DNA of 64,000 nucleotides. Origin: a virus. Position numbers and translations under genes: made by a program. The DNA is taken from IMG/VR virus record IMGVR_UViG_3300025466_000012, positions 135,684-199,683 of that record; one strand, given 5' to 3'. Below are positions 37,164 to 46,372 of the stretch, one piece after another (the first letter of the stretch is position 1; every line of letters begins with the position of its first letter). The notes beneath the pieces were generated by a model, which saw only the letters and a list, made by a program, of their open reading frames with translations, was not told where the DNA came from and searched no databases.

Positions 37164-37169
37164 TAAATA
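37164..37169 (+). promoter_or_regulatory. T4-late-like promoter motif
   Basis: TAAATA 4 nt before ATG 37174, just after the terminator. Confidence 0.65.
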
Positions 37170-37173
37170 CTGT

Positions 37174-40100
37174 ATGAATATTCTCGAGCTTGATGCCTAT
37201 AACCTTGACGATGCAGTCAAATTCCATAATCGTTTGAATCCACGCCTGTGGACCAAGGATGAACATCTCCAACCCCAAGTGCGTGAACGTCTGTTGGAAA
37301 TAGCCGACGATTTTAGACAGTTCCTGGGCGTGAAGGATCTGGCTGTACAAGACATCACCATCAGCGGCTCCAACGCAGCCTACACTTATACTCCCAATAG
37401 CGATATTGATTTGCATTTGGTAGTTGACATGCCCGACGACGAAGTGTATCGAGAACTGTTTGCAGCCAAAAAATATCAATACAACGACGAGCATGACATC
37501 AAGATCGGCGGTGCCGATGTGGAACTGTATGTACAGGACAGTACAGAACCACACATCAGCCAAGGTTTATACAGTGTGCGTGACAACCAATGGTTGCGGG
37601 TGCCCAAACGAGTCAAGAGCGTGATGGACGACAGCAGTACCCGACACAAGTTCGAGTCCGTGGGTCGAGCCATTGAACGTGCTGTCAAAAGCGGTGACCC
37701 AGCCAAGATGACTCGCTTGATCAACAAAATCAAGCGCATGCGACAGACCGGTCTGGAAAATCACGGCGAGTTCGGACCTGAAAATCTCACGTTCAAACTG
37801 TTGAGAAATCAGGGCTTGATCAAGCAGTTGTACACAGCTCGAACAGCTGCGCATGATCAAGAATTCAGTCTGACCGAACAGGAACCTCGTAAACCATTTG
37901 TGTATGGATTCCGACAGGTCAGAGAAGCCAGTAGTCCGGATGGTGTCAGCCCCGAAACCAAGATGTTCCTCAGCGAAGAACCACCCATGGACGATGAAAG
38001 TGTGCTCAAAGACTTTGTGGAATTTTGTGTTCGCGAATTGAAAATTGACAGCTTGCCTGTCATCAAACTGCGTCGAGATCCGCAATGGCCAGTCATGCAT
38101 AAAACATTTGGTCGCTACATCAACGATCGAGATCTACTGGAAGTGGCCTGGGGCCAACGCCATCTCATGGATGTGTTGCGCACTGTGGCACACGAACTCA
38201 CACACCGACATCAGCACGAGCGAGATGGTGCCAAGATGGACCACACAGCTGGTGAGACCGGAAGTCCGTGGGAAAACGAAGCCAATGCCCGTGCCGGCAT
38301 ACTCATGCGCGACTATGGTCGACTGCATCCGGAATTGTTTGACGCTGGGACAGCTGAGAATCTAAAAGAAGCAACTGGTTACATACCCACTGCGGCCGAA
38401 AAGAATGATCCCAGATTCAAGATGGCTCTCAGCGTCGATGTACGTCCAGGAGCCTTGGGCCAAGCAGCCAATGCCTTCATGTTAAACACCGACAGCCAAG
38501 GTCATCCGCAGGAATTGAGACCCGACGGCCTGGTTGATCGCATGCAGGAACAATTGAACCAGTTCAAACAAACCGGAGTCTTGAGTGAAACAGTGGAGCT
38601 GGACGAAGTCAAAATGAGTCCAACTTCGTTGCGACAATTTGCCGACAGCCCTGCGGCCGAAGGCATACGTGCCGGCTTTGAGGCTGAGTTGATATTCGCA
38701 GGCCTGGGCGAGCCCGACTATGGCGAAACCGAGCCTGATTATGACATGGATGAACGTGCCTACAGCATACAACAGGTCTTGGATTTTTTCAGCAACGACG
38801 AATGGGGCTACGGCCTGAGTGATCGGCAGCGTGACCGGCTGGAAGAACAACTGGACGAAATGTACATAGAATGGCGAGACGAACAGATACGCCAAGATTT
38901 TCAGCACGACGGCGAGGACCTGATCACCGAGTTATGGTTAGAAGACCGACCCATGATTGAACGTATCCATGATGCCTTGACAGATGGCCTGGGCTTGTCC
39001 GACGATGAAGCCGACGCTGTGATAAAATTACACTCTAGAAGAGAACGTGGTGAGATCAAAGGATCAGAAATGAGCGAGGCTGAATTGGAAATGGCCGCTC
39101 AATACAGTGAAGCCCGTGGCATAGCCGACGACGTGCTGGAAGAGGATGTACAAGGCAGCATAGACAACCAAGACAGCATTTACGATCAAGCCTTAGACAA
39201 TTACCGCCTCAACTACTCAGGCAATGACGACAGTTTTTTCAGTGACGTGGGCTTGCGCTACATGAGCGACATCGAAAACCAATTTAGACTGGACTGGCCT
39301 TACATGACCACTACAGGTGGTGACAACGAAGGCGGCTACAGTGAAAGCAGTGCCCAGGCGCTGGCCGACAGTTTGAAATCGGACCTGGGGGTCAAGATCA
39401 AAGTGTCAGGTGGTTATCACAGTACCACCAGAGATGAACATTCGTGGATCTTTGAACCCGACTCAAGTTTGACTGCCGATGACAGCGACGACATGCCGGT
39501 AGAGATAGTGAGTCCGCCCATGCCGTTAAAAGAGTGTTTGAAAAAAATGGAAGAGTTTTTTGCCTGGGCCAAATCACACGATGCCTATGCCAACAGCTCA
39601 ACCGGATTCCACATGGGTGTGAGCCTGCCCACTCAGTTCAACGATGATGTGGATTTTGTCAAACTGATCCTGTTCCTGGGTGACAAGTATGTGTTGGAAC
39701 AGTTTGGTCGCGACAGTGTCAACTACTGTGCCAGTGCCATGAAAAAATTAAAAAACAGGATCGGCAACGATCGAGGCACAGCCATAGCAGATGCCATGAC
39801 GTTGATGAAAAAGAATCTGTTGGAACTGGCACACAGGAGCTTGGCCAGCAATCAGGGATTTGGCAAATATACCAGCATCAATCCCAAGGACAAATACATT
39901 GAGTTTAGATCAGCCGGTGGTGAAGACTACTTTCAAGATATCGACAAGTTAAAAAATACCCTGTTGCGTTATGCCCGAGCCATGAGCATAGCCGGCAATC
40001 CAGCTGCGGACCGCAATGAATACTATAAAAAATTATACAAACTGATCAGTCCTGACACACAAGATCCAACTCTGTCCTTGTTTGCACGCTACAGTGCCGG

Positions 40101-40863
40101 CGAACTCAGTGCAGAACAACTGAAACGGGACTGGGCTGAATTGGCCTTGGCAAAAGAACGTCCCAAGAAAGGACCGTATGATGATACTGAATGGGAAGCC
40201 GTTGACCCTGATACCGGAGAGGTATTGGCCACCACACGAGATTTCAGCATAACCAATGCTACCAATTATTTCCGCCAAGATTTAAAGTTGGCTCGTTTCC
40301 AAGTACGCGAGAAGGAACCTGACCTGGTCAGTCCCCGTGCCAAATTGGCCAAGCGTATCAAACAACCTAAGCCACAAGCCAAAGATGATCAACAAGATGC
40401 AGAACAACTACAGGCCCGTATAGATCCCGAGTCAGCACAGATTCCAAGAAACTGGGAGTTTTATAGTGCAGACAGCGGCACTGTAATTGATCGTGTAGAT
40501 GGAATCAATCTGATGCAGGCCAATGCAGTCAGAGCCGATGTAGTACGTAGATATCGACTGCCAGACGAGAGTGTGCGTATGCGTAGCGTGCCCACTGCTC
40601 AGTCAGCTGAACGAGCTAGAGCTAGAGTACAGGATATTGAACCCGACGTAGCACAAAACTTTGATCGACCCGAGGGAATTCAATCAACTGTGGCGGGTGT
40701 TCCGGCCTGGTACATATACAACACCCGCAATGATGCCATAGTAAGAACATTCTTCCAACCCACACGTGACGCAGCCGAAGTCTATGCCAGTGGGTGGTTA
40801 AGAAACAACGGTGTTCAAGATACCACCGGGTATCAAGTAAGACCGGCAATGGAGACACCGTGA
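37174..40863 (+). CDS. Polyvalent protein: Pol-beta-type nucleotidyltransferase + HExxH metallopeptidase + amidoligase (COOH-NH2 ligase type 2) + unknown C-terminus
   Basis: SGSN...SDIDLH...DVELY; VAHELTH...ENEANARAG; GFEAEL, VEIVSPP, STGFHMGVS, KYTSIN, IEFRSAGG. Confidence 0.85.
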   Translation: MNILELDAYNLDDAVKFHNRLNPRLWTKDEHLQPQVRERLLEIADDFRQFLGVKDLAVQDITISGSNAAYTYTPNSDIDLHLVVDMPDDEVYRELFAAKKYQYNDEHDIKIGGADVELYVQDSTEPHISQGLYSVRDNQWLRVPKRVKSVMDDSSTRHKFESVGRAIERAVKSGDPAKMTRLINKIKRMRQTGLENHGEFGPENLTFKLLRNQGLIKQLYTARTAAHDQEFSLTEQEPRKPFVYGFRQVREASSPDGVSPETKMFLSEEPPMDDESVLKDFVEFCVRELKIDSLPVIKLRRDPQWPVMHKTFGRYINDRDLLEVAWGQRHLMDVLRTVAHELTHRHQHERDGAKMDHTAGETGSPWENEANARAGILMRDYGRLHPELFDAGTAENLKEATGYIPTAAEKNDPRFKMALSVDVRPGALGQAANAFMLNTDSQGHPQELRPDGLVDRMQEQLNQFKQTGVLSETVELDEVKMSPTSLRQFADSPAAEGIRAGFEAELIFAGLGEPDYGETEPDYDMDERAYSIQQVLDFFSNDEWGYGLSDRQRDRLEEQLDEMYIEWRDEQIRQDFQHDGEDLITELWLEDRPMIERIHDALTDGLGLSDDEADAVIKLHSRRERGEIKGSEMSEAELEMAAQYSEARGIADDVLEEDVQGSIDNQDSIYDQALDNYRLNYSGNDDSFFSDVGLRYMSDIENQFRLDWPYMTTTGGDNEGGYSESSAQALADSLKSDLGVKIKVSGGYHSTTRDEHSWIFEPDSSLTADDSDDMPVEIVSPPMPLKECLKKMEEFFAWAKSHDAYANSSTGFHMGVSLPTQFNDDVDFVKLILFLGDKYVLEQFGRDSVNYCASAMKKLKNRIGNDRGTAIADAMTLMKKNLLELAHRSLASNQGFGKYTSINPKDKYIEFRSAGGEDYFQDIDKLKNTLLRYARAMSIAGNPAADRNEYYKKLYKLISPDTQDPTLSLFARYSAGELSAEQLKRDWAELALAKERPKKGPYDDTEWEAVDPDTGEVLATTRDFSITNATNYFRQDLKLARFQVREKEPDLVSPRAKLAKRIKQPKPQAKDDQQDAEQLQARIDPESAQIPRNWEFYSADSGTVIDRVDGINLMQANAVRADVVRRYRLPDESVRMRSVPTAQSAERARARVQDIEPDVAQNFDRPEGIQSTVAGVPAWYIYNTRNDAIVRTFFQPTRDAAEVYASGWLRNNGVQDTTGYQVRPAMETP

Positions 40864-41390
40864 GAGCAGAAGAATTCGTCACCGAAGCCCAACGTTGGCC
40901 CGACATTGAATCGGCCAAACGAGCATTTGTCAGCAATCCCAGATTCCAACATTTGCCCGTGAGTACAAGACAGGCCATGGCGGCCAGTGCTTATCAAAAA
41001 CAACGTGCGCCCACAAAAGATCTGTCTGCAAAATTAAAACAACCTGCAACACCGCATTGGCAGGATCTTGATGAATCCTACTATCGAGTGCCTGGCAACA
41101 TATTCCCCGATGGCGATCTGTATCTGACCTCGCATGCTCTTCATACCAGATTTCCTGAAAGAAATATACCAATAGATCGAGTGATCGATCTGTGCCAACA
41201 GGCCGGTGAACAATTTCCCAACAAACTTGAAAATTTAGGAGATGCCAGTCTGGTGATCCAGGCACCTGATCAGTTTGGTGTAGCCTTGCTCAAACAGGAA
41301 ATGTCCGATGGCACTTGTCGATACCTGGTCAAGACAGCACACGATCGGTTGAAATGCAGTCAAGAACAAACAGTGATAAGGGTAAGGTGA
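40860..41390 (+). CDS. Two-module protein with MRAEEFVTE leader; C-terminal module BECR/DUF4258 RNase-like
   Basis: GTG start after GGAG; LTSHALHTRFPERNI after a DLDE linker; RNase call tentative. Confidence 0.65.
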   Translation: MRAEEFVTEAQRWPDIESAKRAFVSNPRFQHLPVSTRQAMAASAYQKQRAPTKDLSAKLKQPATPHWQDLDESYYRVPGNIFPDGDLYLTSHALHTRFPERNIPIDRVIDLCQQAGEQFPNKLENLGDASLVIQAPDQFGVALLKQEMSDGTCRYLVKTAHDRLKCSQEQTVIRVR

Positions 41391-41803
41391 TGCGAGCAAG
41401 CGAATTTGTCACAGAAAACAAAGACACAGCCATGATGGGCAAGATTGAAGCCACGGGCAAAATAGTTCGCATACTGCAAAAAGCTCACTCGGTGAAATTC
41501 AGTGATCAAAAAGATTGGTTGCTGATCGACACCGATCCAGCCAAGGGCAGTAGGGGCCAAGGACTCAAATGGATACCGGCCAGCACAAGATTTGAATGGG
41601 TACGTCCGTACATGGCCGACATTGAAGAAAACTTTGCCGATGGCAAGAAAAAAGGTCGTAGTCGCCCAGGACGTGTGAAACGTGCCGGTGCCAGTTGCTC
41701 AGGATCGGTCACTGATTTACGTGCTCGGGCCCGACGAGCATCGGGCGAGCGTGCCAAGATGTATCATTGGTGTGCCAATATGAAATCGGGCAAGAAAAAA
41801 TGA
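41390..41803 (+). CDS. Two-module basic protein with MRASEFVTE leader
   Basis: Second module after DIEE: NFADGKKKGRSRPGRVKRAGASC...YHWCANMKSGKKK. Confidence 0.7.
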   Translation: MRASEFVTENKDTAMMGKIEATGKIVRILQKAHSVKFSDQKDWLLIDTDPAKGSRGQGLKWIPASTRFEWVRPYMADIEENFADGKKKGRSRPGRVKRAGASCSGSVTDLRARARRASGERAKMYHWCANMKSGKKK

Positions 41804-42372
41804 TATTGGTATACATACACGGCGCATCGGCCACCAGCGAAAGTTTCAATTACATTCGAGATCGTGTTGGTGGTCGCGACATGATGATCAACTATGACAG
41901 CCGCAATGGATTTGAAAACAATCTGCAGGCCATCCGCAATCAGATAGGTCATACACGTGACATATTCTTTGTGGCACATAGCCTGGGTGGCATATATGCT
42001 CTACATCTTGCAAATGCCATACCCGAGCAAGTGCTGGGTGCCGTGACCTTGAGCACACCCTATGGTGGTGCAGAAGTGGCAGATTTTGCCAAGTTTTTCC
42101 TACCTTTCAGCAGACTCATGCGCGACATAGGACCCACGTCGTGGGCCATGCGACAGGCAGACAAGATCAAGATACAGCATCCGTGGTGCAATGTGGTCAC
42201 ACTTCAGGGACAAAGTCCTTTTATGGCCGAAGCCAACGACGGCGTGGTCACTATCAACAGCATGCGAAAGCATCCGGACATGGAACTGATCGATGTGCAA
42301 CTGAATCATTACGAAGTGGTTCTCAGTGACCAAGTGGTCGACATAATCAAGCAACGAACAAACATTTTATAG
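41800..42372 (+). CDS. Alpha/beta hydrolase
   Basis: YIHGASA, AHSLGG nucleophile elbow, STPYGG, NDGVVT, NHYEV. Confidence 0.85.
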   Translation: MILVYIHGASATSESFNYIRDRVGGRDMMINYDSRNGFENNLQAIRNQIGHTRDIFFVAHSLGGIYALHLANAIPEQVLGAVTLSTPYGGAEVADFAKFFLPFSRLMRDIGPTSWAMRQADKIKIQHPWCNVVTLQGQSPFMAEANDGVVTINSMRKHPDMELIDVQLNHYEVVLSDQVVDIIKQRTNIL

Positions 42373-42381
42373 GACATGGTC

Positions 42382-42735
42382 ATGCGAGCTCAAGAATTCG
42401 TCCCAGAAGCTGTGAACCAGGCGATCATGCGCACTGACTGGGAGCAACTCAAACATCAGAATGGATACGACCTGATCGCACAGGGTCACAATAGTGGCAT
42501 CAGTGTGTATGCGTTTGATGCCAATGACCGAAACATCGGATGGGCACACTTTGAAGTCAAAGGTGATCATCTAGAAAGTTATGACAGCTATGTGAGTCCC
42601 GAACTGCGCAGACAGGGTATAGCCACGCTCATGTACAACTATGCCCAAGAGCTGGGCAACGACATCCGGGCCAGTACACATCAGACCCGGGCTGGTAAAC
42701 GTTTCTGGCGCGACCGGCAACAGACCAGCAGCTGA
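42382..42735 (+). CDS. GNAT acetyltransferase with MRAQEFVPE leader
   Basis: YVSPELRRQGIATLMY (motif A) and QTRAGKRFW. Confidence 0.8.
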   Translation: MRAQEFVPEAVNQAIMRTDWEQLKHQNGYDLIAQGHNSGISVYAFDANDRNIGWAHFEVKGDHLESYDSYVSPELRRQGIATLMYNYAQELGNDIRASTHQTRAGKRFWRDRQQTSS

Positions 42736-42761
42736 GTGATTTCTGATACTGTGTTCATGAC

Positions 42762-42767
42762 TAAATA
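42762..42767 (+). promoter_or_regulatory. T4-late-like promoter motif inside a hairpin loop
   Basis: TAAATA 4 nt before ATG 42772. Confidence 0.6.
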
Positions 42768-42771
42768 CAGC

Positions 42772-43068
42772 ATGACACGACATTTTGTTAGATTATTGGC
42801 AGATGTACATTGCGATTGGTCTGGATCGAGTCCGATCTATCGAGCCTATGTGAACAACGAATTGTTTGCCGAACGCAAATGGATCTGGCATGACAGCTAT
42901 CTGGAAGAAATGTTCCAGATTGACGCCGAACCCGGAGACTACCACATACGTTATGAACTGGTGCCCCCACATTTGGCCAGTCTACGAGTACAAAACATAC
43001 GTGTGGATCATGGTCCAGCACACCTGATTGACAGCAACACCATAAGGATAACAGATGCGATTGCATGA
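42772..43068 (+). CDS. Hypothetical beta-rich protein
   Basis: ATG follows the late motif; no SD. Confidence 0.7.
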   Translation: MTRHFVRLLADVHCDWSGSSPIYRAYVNNELFAERKWIWHDSYLEEMFQIDAEPGDYHIRYELVPPHLASLRVQNIRVDHGPAHLIDSNTIRITDAIA

Positions 43069-43261
43069 ATTTGTAAATCTACACGAAGACGGCGGCACAG
43101 TGAGCGGCGCCATAGCACCTGTGGTTCAGCCCTTGGGAGGTACCATTTCCAGATCTGGCGGCAGTTTCTTTAGTGGCACTAAATACTCTAACGACGCCAC
43201 GCCCAACACACCGGACTGGATGAAACAGTATAAACAAGGAAAGACCAAACGTGCTCGCTGA
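43055..43261 (+). CDS. Small protein with MRLHEFVNLHE leader
   Basis: 68 aa, G/S-rich after LHE. Confidence 0.65.
   Translation: MRLHEFVNLHEDGGTVSGAIAPVVQPLGGTISRSGGSFFSGTKYSNDATPNTPDWMKQYKQGKTKRAR
43180..43185 (+). promoter_or_regulatory. T4-late-like promoter motif upstream of dps
   Basis: TAAATA inside the preceding ORF. Confidence 0.4.
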
Positions 43262-43691
43262 TTTGTTAAAGACCCTGCTAGGAACACAATTTGCTTATTA
43301 CTTAAAGTCTCATTCGTTCCATTGGAACGTTGAAACTCCCGATTTCTATCAGTACCATAAATTTTTCCAAAAGATCTACGAAGATGCTTATGAAGCAGTG
43401 GATCCCATAGCCGAATATATTAGAAGTTTAGATGAATATGCGCCGGGTAGTCTTGAGCGCATGTTAGAATTAAGCGTAGTACCTGGACAGACCAAAGTAC
43501 CACGTGCCCAACTCATGATCGAAGAATTGTTGGCCGACAGCGAAACCATAGTTGATTTGTTGAATCAATGTTTTACCGCTGCTACCAATGAAAACAAACA
43601 AGACATAGCAAACTTTATGGCCGAACGTCTCAGCCAACAAAACAAGTTTGCATGGCAACTTCGTAGCACATTGAAAGAGAACCGGGCATGA
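43251..43691 (+). CDS. dps: Dps DNA-binding ferritin-like protein
   Basis: HSFHWNVETPDFYQYHKFFQKIYE, DPIAEYIRSL, final WQLRS. Confidence 0.9.
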   Translation: MLADLLKTLLGTQFAYYLKSHSFHWNVETPDFYQYHKFFQKIYEDAYEAVDPIAEYIRSLDEYAPGSLERMLELSVVPGQTKVPRAQLMIEELLADSETIVDLLNQCFTAATNENKQDIANFMAERLSQQNKFAWQLRSTLKENRA

Positions 43692-43692
43692 T

Positions 43693-44244
43693 ATGGCAAA
43701 CAATGACATATACAGCATAGTACAGCGATTGGCTGTACTGGAAGGCCGTATCACTCCGGTCGCCGCTCGTCATGGACTCAACCCGCAACAAAAAAGCGTG
43801 CCACAGATGCCGGCCTTGTTTCGCCCTCGCACACAGAAAATCTTGGGCGGAGATCCTGACGCCAAAAACCCCATGAGCGGATATGCCGTGGGCGGGTGCG
43901 AAGAAAGTGCCATGCAGGAAGAAATACTGGGCAAGAAGTCCTTGCGCGACTATCTACAGACCGTGCAGGCGCACAAGGACAACGAGATATTGGCCAAACG
44001 ACCAAATGCACATGGATTGGAAACCCGAGTAGTGACCATAGAAATGGCCGATGGCAGGACCTGTGAGATACACGGCAACGATCAGGACGGTTATGAAGTA
44101 CGTCACGCCGGACGCAGCTTGCCTACCAAATTTCCTCACATGGATCATGCCAGAATGGCTGTGGACATGTACAATCATAGATCGGCCACAGCCAGCAAAC
44201 AGACTGAGCAACACAGTGATGCTGATTACATAGAAGAGAAATAA
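43693..44244 (+). CDS. Hypothetical protein
   Basis: 183-aa ORF within the late cluster; VLE, QEE and IEE motifs. Confidence 0.7.
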   Translation: MANNDIYSIVQRLAVLEGRITPVAARHGLNPQQKSVPQMPALFRPRTQKILGGDPDAKNPMSGYAVGGCEESAMQEEILGKKSLRDYLQTVQAHKDNEILAKRPNAHGLETRVVTIEMADGRTCEIHGNDQDGYEVRHAGRSLPTKFPHMDHARMAVDMYNHRSATASKQTEQHSDADYIEEK

Positions 44245-44248
44245 TGAT

Positions 44249-46372
44249 ATGAACCTATTTGATTTTTTTGAGGACCGCAATAAAAAACCATCAGCAACCA
44301 CAGAAGGCAAACGACCATGGGGTCGCGAGGCCTTGGTCAAACGATTGGATCAATTGAAAAAACAGGATCAGGAAAACAATCGAGGACTCAGCGGCTTGGA
44401 CTTTGAGCGTCACCAACGCGAGCTTGAAGCGATGGCACAACGCCTAGATCCCAACCGATCCAAGCCGGACCTGGATGAATATCAGACCAACGAGCCCAGA
44501 CGCAGCAACTTCATGAGTGGCGCACCTGCCGCAGTAGATCCTGAACAACGTTGGAAACGACAGGTACGCGGTATAGCACAGGCCTACATGGGTCGCCAAC
44601 GACAGCTGGCTCAGTTGGCACAGAGCAAGGGACGAGACAGTATCTATCAGGTGGCATGGGATTATCTGCGCCATCCAGGCCAAGGCATCAGATACCCCGA
44701 AGGTGGCGGAGTCAATGCCGTGGATGTGGACTGGAATGATGTGGTAGCTGGCATACCAACCAGCCCCACTGTGGGTGGTCTGGATTTGCTGAAAGCTGCG
44801 CACAAGGAACTGGTCAGGATGGGCTATGGCAATACACCGGAAACGGCTCAGTTGCTCAAGGATGTGCTGAACATGAGTCCCAAGATGCATCAAGAGATAC
44901 AACAGGCCTACGATAGAAAAGTCAACGCCAGCAAGGAGTTGGCGGAGGAACTTGCTCCAATTGCAGGAACCTGGATTGCAAAATATTGGGATAAACAACC
45001 TGAAAATACCCCAGCCGAACAAATATTCCGTTCCGAAGATGAAGCACGGAAATTCTTAAACAAACTGCCAACTCATTATGTAAAAGCATTGCGACCAGCA
45101 AGAGCCGCAGGACATTTAAAAGACCAAGGTGTGGCGGAAGGCTTCTTAAATGAAGCCAACAGTCTAAAAGGCACTATAGACAGCATCGTGGTGCATGGTG
45201 AGGCTATCGCACAGATATATGAACAGATGAAGTCGGCCGCTAAGAAATATGTGGATAATCACGGCGAGCTGGAAGGATTCAGCATGGTTGCCGCTGGTAT
45301 CGGATCACGCTGGTTCCAGTCATTCTATTTCAACAAACTACAGAACGAACTCTATGCCCTGGTCAAACAGGCACCTAAATACTCTCCACTCCTGCTGGAT
45401 TTCCTCAAGTCGGAAGATTCCAAGTCATTCGGTAGAGTAGCAAAAGGTCTCCCGGGTATCCTGGAACAGATAGGATCAGAACTGGGCAGCCAGGAACTGA
45501 TGCGTTTCGGAAAACATTGGGCCCAGCGCCGTAGCGATTACCAGGCATATCTCAGCGGTCTCGAAGACGATGATGACTACGATGATGGTCCTCAAGAAAA
45601 GAAACCTAAGGATACGACACAGGGTCAACAAAATGCACAGGCGGCGGTGTTGATCAATCAAGGGATTAAAGATCATATACCTGCCAAATATCAAGGCAAA
45701 GTTAGGAATATGATCGATCGTTTACCTATGGAAAAAAGGATTATAGCACTTCAACAGGCCATAGAAAAATTCAAGGGTATGAATGAAAGTAAGCAAGGTG
45801 TGGTGGAAGGTCATAAAACTATCAAAGGACCACATGGTCGATTGGATGTGGACACAACCACATCAGGTGTGACCCGTGTGCAACAGAAAGATCGCACAGG
45901 TGCCAAACGATTCGGATTACCTTTCAAAACAGGTGGTCACGTGGGCCGAGACACCCAGCAGTCCGCTCCGGGTGCCAGTTCTTTGCTGAATACGACAAAT
46001 GGAGTCCGTAGAGCAACGCCTAGATTGGATCATAGCGATGATCTGCGAGAAGAACAGGACGTCGAGGGTGTGGAACGTGCGATCCTGCACAGGATCATGG
46101 TTGGTCATAAAGATTTGTTGTTGAAGTATGGACCGCAAAAGGTCATGCAAGCAGCAGAAGAAGTGGCCTATAATACCGGTGACATCAGTGAGATTGGCAC
46201 CAGCGATGTGTCCGGCTGGGTACAACAGGTTGAACAGATACTAGGTGCGGTAAGTGAAGCCAAGGCAGTAAAAACCAGACTGGATCCTGCTTGCTGGACT
46301 GGTAAAAAAATTGGCAACCCCAAAACCAAGGTCAAGAATGGTGTCAGAGTCAATAACTGCGTACCAAAATGA
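44249..46372 (+). CDS. Large multi-module protein with Glu-ending linkers
   Basis: MNLFDFFED leader; QGVAEG, QGVVEG, FLNEA, DLREE, VSEA linkers; C-terminal CWTG...KNGVRVNNCVPK module. Confidence 0.75.
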   Translation: MNLFDFFEDRNKKPSATTEGKRPWGREALVKRLDQLKKQDQENNRGLSGLDFERHQRELEAMAQRLDPNRSKPDLDEYQTNEPRRSNFMSGAPAAVDPEQRWKRQVRGIAQAYMGRQRQLAQLAQSKGRDSIYQVAWDYLRHPGQGIRYPEGGGVNAVDVDWNDVVAGIPTSPTVGGLDLLKAAHKELVRMGYGNTPETAQLLKDVLNMSPKMHQEIQQAYDRKVNASKELAEELAPIAGTWIAKYWDKQPENTPAEQIFRSEDEARKFLNKLPTHYVKALRPARAAGHLKDQGVAEGFLNEANSLKGTIDSIVVHGEAIAQIYEQMKSAAKKYVDNHGELEGFSMVAAGIGSRWFQSFYFNKLQNELYALVKQAPKYSPLLLDFLKSEDSKSFGRVAKGLPGILEQIGSELGSQELMRFGKHWAQRRSDYQAYLSGLEDDDDYDDGPQEKKPKDTTQGQQNAQAAVLINQGIKDHIPAKYQGKVRNMIDRLPMEKRIIALQQAIEKFKGMNESKQGVVEGHKTIKGPHGRLDVDTTTSGVTRVQQKDRTGAKRFGLPFKTGGHVGRDTQQSAPGASSLLNTTNGVRRATPRLDHSDDLREEQDVEGVERAILHRIMVGHKDLLLKYGPQKVMQAAEEVAYNTGDISEIGTSDVSGWVQQVEQILGAVSEAKAVKTRLDPACWTGKKIGNPKTKVKNGVRVNNCVPK

